From: Candidatus Eiseniibacteriota bacterium
Lineage (GTDB): Bacteria > Eisenbacteria > RBG-16-71-46
Length of the DNA: 64,000 nt
Assembly (NCBI GenBank): GCA_044223005.1
Contig: JBGAML010000020.1
Span: 28,132-92,131 of the forward strand
Reading direction: 5' to 3'
The notes below the pieces were generated by a model. That model saw nothing but the letters and a program-made list of their open reading frames with translations, was not told where the DNA came from and made no database searches. A program made the translations under genes and the position numbers. Every line of letters begins with the position of its first letter. The stretch's first letter is position 1. Below, in pieces: positions 42,301-50,970 of this stretch.

Positions 42301-42741
42301 CGGGCCCCATGCGAACGAGATGTGGCGCTTCTTGAGCTTCATCTCCACGCCGGCCGGCGAGAACGTCACGTCGCGCTGGTTGCACCACCACACGTTGTCG
42401 CCGCTCGCGTCGGCGAGCTTGAACTCGAGGTTCTCGTTCGGGCAGTTGCCCCGCACCCGGAACGTGAAGCGGTAGTTCTCGGGCAGGTCGAGCGACACGG
42501 CCCGGTGCGCCACTGCGTATCCGCCGCCACCGTGGAAATCGAAGTCGAGCCGCAGGGCCTTCCCCGTCGTGCCCGCGTCGGACGAGAGCGACAGCGACAC
42601 GCCGTCGGCCGGCTGGGCCTTCCAAGCGGCGACGTCGTCGCCGGTGGGGATCACGATCGGAGCCGGCGTCGCGGCGTGCGCGGGGGCCGCACACGCGAGC
42701 ACCGCGGCGAACAGCGCGGCACGGAGACGCATGACGTTCAT
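39367..42741 (-). CDS. Exported CBM-like + F5/8C (discoidin)-like + six-hairpin glycosidase-like protein
   Basis: Signal peptide; ALRLDFDF..GGGYA, DLGAAREFGGLVIDW, QPGTRSYARSWIRDG, EHDSSGE, SHEGY...HSYWDDF, IGDMPHTW; ATGA-coupled to the permease. Confidence 0.75.
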   Translation of the reverse strand: MNVMRLRAALFAAVLACAAPAHAATPAPIVIPTGDDVAAWKAQPADGVSLSLSSDAGTTGKALRLDFDFHGGGGYAVAHRAVSLDLPENYRFTFRVRGNCPNENLEFKLADASGDNVWWCNQRDVTFSPAGVEMKLKKRHISFAWGPLGGGEAKHVAAIEFAITAGKGGKGTVWIENLRMEPLPKPDTTWREVVSGAWSSRRGEREPALVMDLGAAREFGGLVIDWAAGRHARDYAVELSVDRRTWTAARMVSGSNGGRDYLYLPESEARWIRVRGTRLEADAMAVTAVRLQKLEWSATPDRFYSAIAKDAPRGRYPRGMLGENIFWTVVGQDFDSDEGLIDEVGRIEAGRGQWTVEPFVRSGGKLVTWADVTATPSLRRGDLPIPSVEWAFGDERLTVTAFGAGVAEHSALVARYRLTNRSAAPRRDTLYLAIRPFQVNPPTQFLSTQGGVAPIRELAADGNVVRVNGDRGLTSVQAPDAFGAASFDQGDVVEFLADGRLPAAVRMPDAMSHASGALAYALDLPAGGTREIDLVIPLHDAPNPIPIRGTAADELRYVDQLDSLATSAWRTRLDRVGIEFPDSDAVHALKAQLAYVLINRNGPRIQPGTRSYARSWIRDGCLTSSALLRLGETEAVKQFIEWFAPFQFANGKAPCCVDSRGADPVPEHDSSGELIYLIAEYTRYTGDMQFAEKMWPHVLAAEQYLDTLRAQRRTPEWQTPENARFFGLLPPSISHEGYSSKPMHSYWDDFFALRGFKDAAWLAKQLHKPEQPSIEHDRDEFSTDFANSIRRTMAEKHIDYIPGCADLGDFDPTSTSIAFDPVMADTSVVPRKVLEATYEKYWDFFTNRANGTKPWENFTPYEWRNVGAMAHLAVQDQPAVVWADWTARANAARSWLMNFRRPAGFQHWAEVVWHDERAPHFIGDMPHTWCGTDYVRSILDMLAYEDEGDSSLVIGAGIPPSWLADSGVVVKDLRTRWGPLSYRIRMVADSTAHLRNSRNYNWLSNIPVSAPSDKAILVDIDDTGLRIPPAGIRIALSLGARQPLSGPSVIERVGGRHANQQSSLDSGMQALSVRHALPVSLSWRVRPVSTPYRGLVEFRVLPVSQRIGAPEPKRSGRPAKQHLK

Positions 42742-43559
42742 CCCTTCACGCTCCCCATGAGCACGCCCTTGATGTACGAGCGCTGCATCACGAGGAACAC
42801 GATGAGTACGGGCAGCACGGTCAGCACGGACCCGGCCATCATCAGCTCGGTGTCCTGCACGTGCTCGCCCACCAGGTTGGCCAGCGCGACCGGCAGCGTG
42901 TAACGGCTGTCGTCGCTCAGGACGATGAGGGGCCACATGAAGTCGTTCCAGGCCGACAGGAAGCTGAACGTGGCCATGGTGACGAGGATCGGGCGCAGCA
43001 CCGGCAGCACGATCGTCCAGTAGATGCGCCACTCGCTGGCGCCGTCGATCCGCGCGGCGTCCAGCAGGTCGTCCGGGATCGACAGCGCGAACTGCCGGAT
43101 CATGAAGATGCCGAACACGGTCGCGAGCCCGGTGATCATGACGCCCCACGGCGTGTTCACGAGCCCCATGCTCTTCACGATCAGGAAGAGTGGCATCATG
43201 CCGACCTGCGCCGGGATCACCATGGCCGCCACGAGCAGCTTGAACGTGGCGTCACGCCCGGTGAAGCGCAGCTTGGCGAACGCGTACCCGGCCATGGAGT
43301 TCACGACCAGCGAGAAGAACGTCACACCCAACGTGATGAAGAGCGAGTTGGCGAAGTTGCGCGCCAGGTTGAGCCGCGTGAACAGGTCCGTGTAGTGCTG
43401 CAGCGTCGGGGTGCTGGGCAGCAGCGGCGGCGGGAACGAGCTCGCCTGCCCGGTGGGCATGAACGACGCGGACACCATCCAGAGCAGCGGCGTCAGGGTG
43501 ACGATCGCGCCCAGCACGAGCAGCGCGTGCACCACGAACGACGGCAGGGCGCGCTTCAT
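42738..43559 (-). CDS. Carbohydrate ABC transporter permease (MalG-like)
   Basis: AGYAFAKLRF, DAARIDGASEWRIYW, WNDFMWPLI. Confidence 0.93.
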   Translation of the reverse strand: MKRALPSFVVHALLVLGAIVTLTPLLWMVSASFMPTGQASSFPPPLLPSTPTLQHYTDLFTRLNLARNFANSLFITLGVTFFSLVVNSMAGYAFAKLRFTGRDATFKLLVAAMVIPAQVGMMPLFLIVKSMGLVNTPWGVMITGLATVFGIFMIRQFALSIPDDLLDAARIDGASEWRIYWTIVLPVLRPILVTMATFSFLSAWNDFMWPLIVLSDDSRYTLPVALANLVGEHVQDTELMMAGSVLTVLPVLIVFLVMQRSYIKGVLMGSVKG

Positions 43560-44458
43560 CGCGACTCCTTCCCGCCGCCCTGCAGGCGCATCTGGATCAG
43601 GGTCACGGTGAGCATGATCGCGAACAGGATGAACGCGATCGCGCTGGCGTAGCCCATCTTCCACCAGCGGAAGCCCTGCTCGTACATGAGCATCACCACG
43701 GTGACGGTCGAACGCAGCGGGCCGCCCTGCGTCATCACGTAGGGCTCGGAGAAGATCTGGAACTGCCCGAGCATGGTCATGATGCCGACGAACAGGAACG
43801 TCGGTGCCAGCGACGGCAGCGTGACGTGCAGGAACTGCGCGCGCGCACCCGCTCCGTCCAGCTGGGCGGCCTCGTAGAGCTCGTCGGGGATCGACTGCAG
43901 GCCCGCGATGAAGATGAGCATGTTGTAGCCGAAGTTCTTCCACACGGCGAGCAGCACGATCGCGGGCATGGACCAGTGCGGGTCGCCGAGCCAGTCGATC
44001 GGCGGCACGTGGAAGAAGCCGAGCGCGCTGTTCACGAGCCCGTAGTGCGGATGCAGCAGGTAGCGGAACACGATCGCCACGGCGACCATGGTGGTGACGA
44101 CGGGCGTGAAGAACACCGTGCGGAAGAAGCCCTTCGCGCGCGCGACCTTCGCGTTCACCAGCAGCGCCGCGCCGAGCGACGTGACCACGGAGAGCGGCCC
44201 GCCCACGACGACGAAGTAGATCGTGTTCCGTAGCGCCCGCCAGAACTCCGCGTCGGTCAGCACCTGCTGGTAGTTGTGCAGGCCCATGAACCGGATCGTC
44301 TCCGGCCGGCCGATCGCGTAGATGTCGAAGTCGGTGAAGCTCATCACCAGGCCCGCGATCACGGGCACGAAGAAGAAGACGCCGATCAGCACGAGCGCGG
44401 GCGCGAGGAACACCCAGCCCGCGGCCTGCTGCCGGCGCTCGCTCGTCTGCCCCTTCAT
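43556..44458 (-). CDS. Carbohydrate ABC transporter permease (MalF-like)
   Basis: FLAPAL, GLQSIPDELYEAAQLDGA, MTQGGP, GYASAIA. Confidence 0.93.
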   Translation of the reverse strand: MKGQTSERRQQAAGWVFLAPALVLIGVFFFVPVIAGLVMSFTDFDIYAIGRPETIRFMGLHNYQQVLTDAEFWRALRNTIYFVVVGGPLSVVTSLGAALLVNAKVARAKGFFRTVFFTPVVTTMVAVAIVFRYLLHPHYGLVNSALGFFHVPPIDWLGDPHWSMPAIVLLAVWKNFGYNMLIFIAGLQSIPDELYEAAQLDGAGARAQFLHVTLPSLAPTFLFVGIMTMLGQFQIFSEPYVMTQGGPLRSTVTVVMLMYEQGFRWWKMGYASAIAFILFAIMLTVTLIQMRLQGGGKESR

Positions 44459-45762
44459 CGGGCGCCTCCCCCGTGCGCGGCGAGCTCGCGTTCGCGGAGC
44501 CAGCGGCGCTTTTCGAGCATGCGGTCCACGTCGGTCGAGAGGTCCGCCATCGCCGAGTCCGCGGTCGCGGCCTTGCGCACGACGCGCTCGACCTGGTCCT
44601 GCACGCGGATCGCGATCTGCTCCCACTCGGGCACCTTGGGCGTCGCGACCACGCGCGTCAGCTGCTCGCCGAACGCGCGCAGGTTGGCATCGCGCGTGAG
44701 CGCGGTGTCCTGCCACGCCTCGACGCGCCCGGGCAGGTCGCCCGTCAGGTGCATGAAGCGGAGCTGCACGTCGGGACGCTCGAGGTACTGGATGAACGCC
44801 CAGGCTTCCGCCTTGTGCCGAGACGCGCGGTAGAGCACCAGGCTCGAGCCGCCCGCGAGCGACACGCCCGAGGCCGCGCCGGTGGGCCCGGGCAGCGGCG
44901 CGCACGCCCAGGCGCCCTGCAGCGAGTCGGGCAGCCGGTTGCGCATCTCGCCCATGTTCCACGGTCCCGTGATCCACATCGTGAGATAGCCGCGCGTGAA
45001 CTCCTGGTAGACGTTCGAGATCTCGTTGCCCGAGATGCCGGGCGCGAGCCCCTCGCGGAAGAGGCTGATGTAGAAGTCGAAGCCGCTCCGGAACGCCGAG
45101 TCGCGGAACGCCGCGCGCGTGTCGCCGTCCTTGAGCAGCGTCGAGCCCGACTGCAGCCCGGCGATCACGGGCGGGTTCCACTCGTTGGTCGGCAGGAAGA
45201 TCGGGAATCGGTCCGGGCCGATCACGCGCTTGACCGCGTGCATCGCCTGCTTCCAGCCGGCCCAGTCCTGCGGGACGTGGTCGTAACCCGCGCGCCGGAG
45301 GATGTCCTTGCGGTAGAAGAGCAGCCGCGTGTCCACGTACCACGGCACGCCGTAGGGCTCGCCGTCGATCACGTTCGTGTCCCAGATGCCGGAGAAGAAC
45401 GAACTGCTGTCGAGCCCGGTGCCCTTCGCGATCCACGGCCGCAACGGCTCGATCGCCTGCAGTGCGGCGAACTCCGGGACCCACGTGTTGCCGAGCTGGC
45501 TCACGTCCGGCGTCGAGCGGCCGACGTAGGCGGTGATCAGTTTCTCGTGCGCCGCGGTCCACGGCAGCTGCTGCACGACCACGTGCACGCCGGGATGCTC
45601 ACGCTCGAACTCCGGCACGAGTTCCTGCACCACCTCGCCCTCGCGCCCCATGCCCCAGAAGCGCAGCGTCACGCCCTTCTCGCGCGGCGCGCAGCCGGCG
45701 AGTGCACCCGCCGCGAGCGCGGCCAGCGCGAGTCGCTGCAGCGTGCGGCGCGCGGCGGTCAT
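44455..45762 (-). CDS. Sugar ABC transporter solute-binding lipoprotein
   Basis: LAGC lipobox, FEREHPG, YGVPWYVDTRLLFYRKD, GGSSL. Confidence 0.9.
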   Translation of the reverse strand: MTAARRTLQRLALAALAAGALAGCAPREKGVTLRFWGMGREGEVVQELVPEFEREHPGVHVVVQQLPWTAAHEKLITAYVGRSTPDVSQLGNTWVPEFAALQAIEPLRPWIAKGTGLDSSSFFSGIWDTNVIDGEPYGVPWYVDTRLLFYRKDILRRAGYDHVPQDWAGWKQAMHAVKRVIGPDRFPIFLPTNEWNPPVIAGLQSGSTLLKDGDTRAAFRDSAFRSGFDFYISLFREGLAPGISGNEISNVYQEFTRGYLTMWITGPWNMGEMRNRLPDSLQGAWACAPLPGPTGAASGVSLAGGSSLVLYRASRHKAEAWAFIQYLERPDVQLRFMHLTGDLPGRVEAWQDTALTRDANLRAFGEQLTRVVATPKVPEWEQIAIRVQDQVERVVRKAATADSAMADLSTDVDRMLEKRRWLRERELAAHGGGAR

Positions 45763-47261
45763 CGGGCCTTCGGCGTGGCGTGGTCGAGCCAGCCGCCGCG
45801 GAAGCCCGCGAGCTTCAGGCCGCGGATGAGGTACGGGTTGTGGCGCATGTGCTTCCACACGAGCCCGCTGCGCCAGTTCTCGATCATGAGCACGATCAGG
45901 CCCTGGTCGATCCCGAGGTAGTCGTGGTCGACCCAGCCGCGCTGCGGATCGATGCCCTGCGACTCGTGGCCTTCGAGCCTCACGCTGGGGTTGTACGCGT
46001 CGTAGAAGCCGTACTCGCCCCAGAGCCGGTCGCCGTGGCGTTCCTTCATCGCCATGAGCGTGGGGATCACGACCTCGGGCGCGAACGCGATCGAGCCGCC
46101 GGCCGCGTTCGGCGTGATCGTGCCGTCGTCGAGCACCTCGGTGTGCGAGGCGCCGCGCGCCCAGTAGGTCTGGAAGTGACGCTTCACGCCGTCGATCGGG
46201 AAATCGCCGTCGATCGGGCCGTCGCACGCCGACAGGCCCCATTCCAGCGGCCCGTACGCGGTCCACTGCGCCGGGTTGTCGATCGCGTACTGGCGTTGCG
46301 CGAGCGTCGCGCGCCGCGAGTTCTCGAAGTAGTCGATCCCGTGCGCGCGCATGAACTCGTCCTGGAGACCGCGGTAGTCGATCCAGATGTGCGACGACTG
46401 GTGCCCGAAGAGCGGGGCGAACCCGAGGTAGGCCTGACCGTGGAACGTGCCCCAGCGGTAGCCCTCGGTGTACTTCGCCCACGTGCCCGGATCAGCCGGG
46501 TGCGTCGGCGAGCCCATCGCCAGCAGCAGCATGAGCGTGGTCTCGTTGTAGTGCCCGGTGTCGTACGGCAGGTGGCCTTCCTCGGGCGTCCAGCCCAGGC
46601 TCATGAGCGGCGCGCGCACCTGCATCCAGCGCCAGTCGACGCGCCGGTAGAGCGACTCGGCGAGCGCCCCCACCTCGCGCTCGCGCGGCGTGTCGCGATC
46701 GAAGTACTCGCCGCAGAACATCGCCCCCGCCACGAGCAGCCCGGTGTCGATGAACGAGAGTTCGAGGTGCTGGAAGCGCGTCCCGTCGCCGGGATTCACG
46801 AAGTGATAGAAGAAACCACGGTAGCCGATCGTGTTCGGCCCCGCGGAATCCTGCGGCGCGTTCCAGAGGAAGCGCAGCGTCTTCAACGTGCGCTCGAGCC
46901 CCTGCTCGCGCGTGACCCAGCCGCGCTCGACGCCGACCGGGTACGCGGCGAGCCCGAAGCCCATCGCCGCGGTGCTCGCGAACGAGCGCGTGGGCCAGCG
47001 GTCCGGCGTCAGGCCGGTGGTGGGATCCGCGGTGTCCCAGAAGAAGAAGAACGTGCGCCGCTCGAGCGTATCGACGAACGCGCGCTGCGCGGGCGTCATC
47101 GGCGGCTCGGCGGGCCGCGTCGCGCGGGGCCGCGGGCGGAACGCGGCGTGCGAGCGCGTCGCGGCGGCGGCGGGGATGACGGCGAGAAGGGCGAACGCGA
47201 GGACGGCGAACGCGGCGAGGGTGCGACGGGGCGGGCACATCCCTGCGAATCGGGTCGGCAC
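45759..47261 (-). CDS. Periplasmic GH144-like beta-1,2-glucanase (glycoamylase family)
   Basis: Signal peptide; GLTPDRW, GFFYHF, ELSFIDTGLL, YNET, GSPTHP, PLFGHQ.SH, YFENSRRAT, LGIDQG; start GTG 47261 or ATG 47240. Confidence 0.85.
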   Translation of the reverse strand: MPTRFAGMCPPRRTLAAFAVLAFALLAVIPAAAATRSHAAFRPRPRATRPAEPPMTPAQRAFVDTLERRTFFFFWDTADPTTGLTPDRWPTRSFASTAAMGFGLAAYPVGVERGWVTREQGLERTLKTLRFLWNAPQDSAGPNTIGYRGFFYHFVNPGDGTRFQHLELSFIDTGLLVAGAMFCGEYFDRDTPREREVGALAESLYRRVDWRWMQVRAPLMSLGWTPEEGHLPYDTGHYNETTLMLLLAMGSPTHPADPGTWAKYTEGYRWGTFHGQAYLGFAPLFGHQSSHIWIDYRGLQDEFMRAHGIDYFENSRRATLAQRQYAIDNPAQWTAYGPLEWGLSACDGPIDGDFPIDGVKRHFQTYWARGASHTEVLDDGTITPNAAGGSIAFAPEVVIPTLMAMKERHGDRLWGEYGFYDAYNPSVRLEGHESQGIDPQRGWVDHDYLGIDQGLIVLMIENWRSGLVWKHMRHNPYLIRGLKLAGFRGGWLDHATPKAR

Positions 47262-47284
47262 GGAATCCTCGGGTGTGGGGCGTG

Positions 47285-48346
47285 CTATTCGATCGGGTGC
47301 GGCAGCGTGCGATCGCGCCGCCAGCGTGCGGGTTCCTCGCGCCGCGTGAGCCGCGCGCCACACGAGCTGCGGATCGCGAGCGAGGTCGGCAGCACCTCGT
47401 GCTGGCGCGGCCCCGTGTTGCCGGCGCGGCGCGCGCGCAGGAGCAGTTCCACCGCGCGCTCGCCGAGCAGTGCGGTATTGACGCGCACGGAGCTGAGCGG
47501 CGGCGTGGTGAAGCGGGCCATCGCGATGTCGTCGAAGCCCGCCACCGCGATCTCGTCGGGAATGCGGATCCCCGCCTCGCCGAGCGCGCTCATCACGCCG
47601 ATCGCCATGTGGTCGTTGCCCACGAAGATCGCCGTGGGGCGCTGCGGCCGCCCGAGCAGCGTGGTCACGGCCTCGTAGCCCGAGGGCTCGGTGAAGTCGC
47701 CGACGACCTCGAGCTCGTCCGCGGGCCCCAGCCCCGCTTCGCGCAGCGCCGCGCGGTAGCCCTGCAGGCGCTGCTCGGCGTCGAGGTTGGAGGCCGGCCC
47801 GCGCACCATGGCGATGTGCCGGTGCCCGAGCGCCACCAGGTGCTGGACCATCTCGTGCGCGCCGTCGTGGTTGGCGATCGTGATCGTGTCGCAGGAGTCG
47901 ACATCCTGCCCGGGGTTCAGCAGCACGACCGGGCAGTGCGAAGCGAAGCCCGCGATCGCCGTCGGCGCCTGCACGTCGGGCGCCATCACGATCATGCCGT
48001 CGACGCGGCCGCTCATCGAACGCAGCGCCTCGACCAGAGCCTCGCTGTCCGCGTGCGAGCCCGACACGAGGATGTGGAACCCGTGCGTGCGTGCGGCCAG
48101 GTCGATGCCGCGGATCACTTCGGAGAAGAACTCGCCGTACATGTCCGGCAGCAGGACGCCCAACGCGTGCGTGCGGTTGGTGATCAGGCTGCGCGCGACG
48201 CCGTTGGGCCAGTAGTTGAGTCGCGCGGCGACGGCCCGCACCTGCGCGATGGTGTCCGCGCTCACGAGCGAGCTGTCGTTGAAGACGCGCGATACCGTCG
48301 CGATCGAAACGCCCGCCTCGCGGGCGACATCACGGATGGTCGCCAA
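47285..48346 (-). CDS. LacI-family transcriptional regulator (paralog 2)
   Basis: TTG start after GGAG; ATIRDVAREAGVSIATVSRVFN, NDHMAIG, AGFDD. Confidence 0.92.
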   Translation of the reverse strand: MATIRDVAREAGVSIATVSRVFNDSSLVSADTIAQVRAVAARLNYWPNGVARSLITNRTHALGVLLPDMYGEFFSEVIRGIDLAARTHGFHILVSGSHADSEALVEALRSMSGRVDGMIVMAPDVQAPTAIAGFASHCPVVLLNPGQDVDSCDTITIANHDGAHEMVQHLVALGHRHIAMVRGPASNLDAEQRLQGYRAALREAGLGPADELEVVGDFTEPSGYEAVTTLLGRPQRPTAIFVGNDHMAIGVMSALGEAGIRIPDEIAVAGFDDIAMARFTTPPLSSVRVNTALLGERAVELLLRARRAGNTGPRQHEVLPTSLAIRSSCGARLTRREEPARWRRDRTLPHPIE

Positions 48347-48423
48347 GGAACTCTCCGTGCGGAGGGAAGCCGAGCCCTGCCATAAGGGGATGCGCGACGT
48401 GGGACGCGATCGGCTCGAACTGC

Positions 48424-48437
48424 TGTAACCGTTTACA
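48424..48437. promoter_or_regulatory. LacI-type operator 3 (TGTAACCGTTTACA)
   Basis: Near-perfect palindrome; perfect TTGACA 16 nt upstream on the minus strand, ahead of lacI2-GH144-ABC. Confidence 0.75.
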
Positions 48438-48616
48438 ATGAAGGCAAACGCTCTGTCAAGACGGTCCCCGTTGCGAGCCCGCAACCGACGCGACGAGAAC
48501 GGCATCGGACGGCCACGCCTCGCCGGTCGCGAACCCGGGCGCCCCGGGCGATCGCTTTCCCGCGCCGGTCCCTCGCCGGGGTGCCGCGTGCGGGATCGCG
48601 TGCTAGCGTCGCGAGC

Positions 48617-49912
48617 ATGGACACTACCCCGCGTCACCTCGAGGCCCGGCGCGCCCGGGCCGCCGCCGCGTGGAACCTGCGCGACGAGATCGTGCTGATT
48701 CCCGCCGGCGACCACGTTTCGATCCTCGGCGCCGCCGACCAGACCTACCCCTTCGTCGCGCACGCCGAGTACTTCTGGCTCGCCGACCACGAATCCCCCG
48801 GCGCCGTCATGGCGTTCGACCCGAAGGCGGGCTGGACCGACTTCGTGCCCGAGACCACCGTGGCCGAACGCGTGTGGGAAGGCCGCGGCGACGCGCCCGG
48901 CACGCCGAAGTCGAAGCTCGACGCGTGGCTCGCCGCGCGCGCGGGACGCCCCGTGATCTCGCTCGGCGCGGCGCAGCCCAACGCCGGCGTCACCGACGCG
49001 CGCGTGAACGAGCTGCGCGAGGCGCTCCTCCACGCGCGGCGGCCCAAGGACGAGGTCGAGTTGGCGCGTCTGCGCGCCGCGTGCGCCGCGAGCGCCGCCG
49101 GTTTCGCGCGCGCCGTCCCCATGATCCGTGCCGGCGTCACCGAGCGCGCGATCCGGATCGAGATGGAAGCCGAGTTCTTCCGCGCCGGCGCCGATCGCAC
49201 CGGCTACGGCACCATCGTGGGCGCGGGCTCGCACTCGGGCGTGCTGCACTTCGAGCCCGGCGAGCGCACGGTGAAGCCCGGCGACACGGTGCTGATCGAC
49301 GCGGGCGCCGAGGTCCGCCGCTACACCGCCGACTACACGCGCACGTACCGCGCCGCGGGCGGCGACGACGGCTTCTTCCGCGAGCTCTACGCGCTCGTAC
49401 TGGCGATCGAGGAGCGCGGCGTCGCGCGCTGCGTGCGCGGCGCGGAATGGCGCGACGTGCACATGGCGGCCAGCCGCGAGGTGGCCGAAGGCCTCGCGGC
49501 GATGGGCCTGCTGAAGGGCGACGCGGACACGCTGGTCGAGCGCGACGTGCACGCGCTCTTCTTCCCGCACGGACTCGGGCACATGGTGGGCCTCGGCGTG
49601 CGCGACGCGAGCGGCTACCTGCCCGGGCGCACGCGCAGCACGCGGCCGGGGCTGAGCGCGCTGCGCACCGACCTGCCGCTGGACGTGGACTACGTGATCA
49701 CGGTCGAGCCGGGCATCTACTTCATTCCCGCGCTGCTGAACGACCCGGCGACGCGCGCGAAGTACGCCGACTGCATCGCCTGGGACCGCGTGGACGCGCA
49801 GAAGGAGTTCGGCGGCATCCGGATCGAGGACAACGTCCGCGTGACGGACGGCGCGCCCGAGGTGCTCACGGCCGCGGTGCCCAAGTCGCTCGAGGCGGCA
49901 CTGCTCGGCTGA
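48617..49912 (+). CDS. Xaa-Pro aminopeptidase (M24B)
   Basis: VLH, LIDAGAE...ADYTRT, FPHGLGHMVGLGVRD, TVEPGIYF, GIRIEDNV. Confidence 0.9.
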   Translation: MDTTPRHLEARRARAAAAWNLRDEIVLIPAGDHVSILGAADQTYPFVAHAEYFWLADHESPGAVMAFDPKAGWTDFVPETTVAERVWEGRGDAPGTPKSKLDAWLAARAGRPVISLGAAQPNAGVTDARVNELREALLHARRPKDEVELARLRAACAASAAGFARAVPMIRAGVTERAIRIEMEAEFFRAGADRTGYGTIVGAGSHSGVLHFEPGERTVKPGDTVLIDAGAEVRRYTADYTRTYRAAGGDDGFFRELYALVLAIEERGVARCVRGAEWRDVHMAASREVAEGLAAMGLLKGDADTLVERDVHALFFPHGLGHMVGLGVRDASGYLPGRTRSTRPGLSALRTDLPLDVDYVITVEPGIYFIPALLNDPATRAKYADCIAWDRVDAQKEFGGIRIEDNVRVTDGAPEVLTAAVPKSLEAALLG

Positions 49913-49961
49913 ACGTCCGGCGCGGGCGATCGTCGCGGTTGCGGCAGTCGTTCGCGCCGCT

Positions 49962-50819
49962 TCACGAACCGCGGCGTTGCGCCTGCCATTCGCCGCCGCG
50001 CGGGCGCAGGCCCGCGAGCTCGCGCGCTGCGTCGCGCACGGCGGGCCACGCGGCCCCGTGCGGCAGCACGGGCTCGAAGTGGCCCGCGTGCGGCAGGACG
50101 TCGATCCGCGCGTCGTCGCCCGCGGCGCGCGCCGCGTCCACGAACGCGCGCACGTGTGGCGGCGGCACGATCGGGTCGTTCGCGCCCACCACGTGCCGGT
50201 GCGGCACGCGGAGCGGCAGCCGCGCCGCCGGCGAGCCCAGGGCGAGCCGATCGGGCACGGCCTCCGGCTCTCCGCCGAGCAACGCCGCGACCACGTCGCC
50301 GCCGCAGATCCCCTCGCGCCGGGCCGCCGCGAGGTCGGCGATCGCCGCGAGCCCCACGACGCCGCGGAGCGCGAGCGGCGCGGCGCCGCGCAGCGCGTGG
50401 CCGGCCGGCAGCGACGCGCGCGTCGCGAGCCAGAGCGCGAGATGCCCGCCGGCCGAGTGCCCGAGCGCGATCGCGCGCGCCGGATCGAGCGCGTGGGCGT
50501 GCGCGTGCGTGCGAACCGCGTCGGCCGCCGCCGCGACGTCGCCGAAGGTCGCGGGCCAGCCGCCCCCGCCACCGATGCGGCGGTACTCCACGCTCCAGGC
50601 GGCGATGCCCTCGTGCGCGAGCGCGCGGCAGAGCCCGCCCAGGGGCTCCAGCCCGTACGGCGCCTCCCAACAGCCGCCGTGAAGCACGATCGCCACCGGG
50701 TGCGGCCCGGCGCCCGCCGGCCGGTACAGGTGCACGAACGCGTCCGCGTCCGCGCCGTAGCGGATCACCGCATCGGGCGCGACCTCGGGCAGCCGCAGGT
50801 AGTCGGCGGTCGTGAGCAT
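49962..50819 (-). CDS. Alpha/beta hydrolase (esterase/lipase)
   Basis: HGGCW, EYRRIG, GHSAGGHLA nucleophile elbow, D..VP, AGHFE. Confidence 0.88.
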   Translation of the reverse strand: MLTTADYLRLPEVAPDAVIRYGADADAFVHLYRPAGAGPHPVAIVLHGGCWEAPYGLEPLGGLCRALAHEGIAAWSVEYRRIGGGGGWPATFGDVAAAADAVRTHAHAHALDPARAIALGHSAGGHLALWLATRASLPAGHALRGAAPLALRGVVGLAAIADLAAARREGICGGDVVAALLGGEPEAVPDRLALGSPAARLPLRVPHRHVVGANDPIVPPPHVRAFVDAARAAGDDARIDVLPHAGHFEPVLPHGAAWPAVRDAARELAGLRPRGGEWQAQRRGS

Positions 50820-50862
50820 GACCCGCTTGAGATGCGCGCCGCCGGCGGGCGACGCGCGCGGA

Positions 50863-50970
50863 TCACGCGGCGGGCTGCAGCAGATCCCAGCGGTTGCCGT
50901 AGAGGTCGAGGAACACCGCGGCCGTGCCGTGCGGCTCGTGCCGCGGCTCCTCGGCAAACCGCGCGCTCAC
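50863..50970 (-). pseudogene. C-terminal fragment of a VOC/glyoxalase-family gene
   Basis: 35 aa: VSARFAEEPRHEPHGTAAVFLDLYGNRWDLLQPAA resembles the end of VOC proteins; the N-terminal part is absent. Confidence 0.6.
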
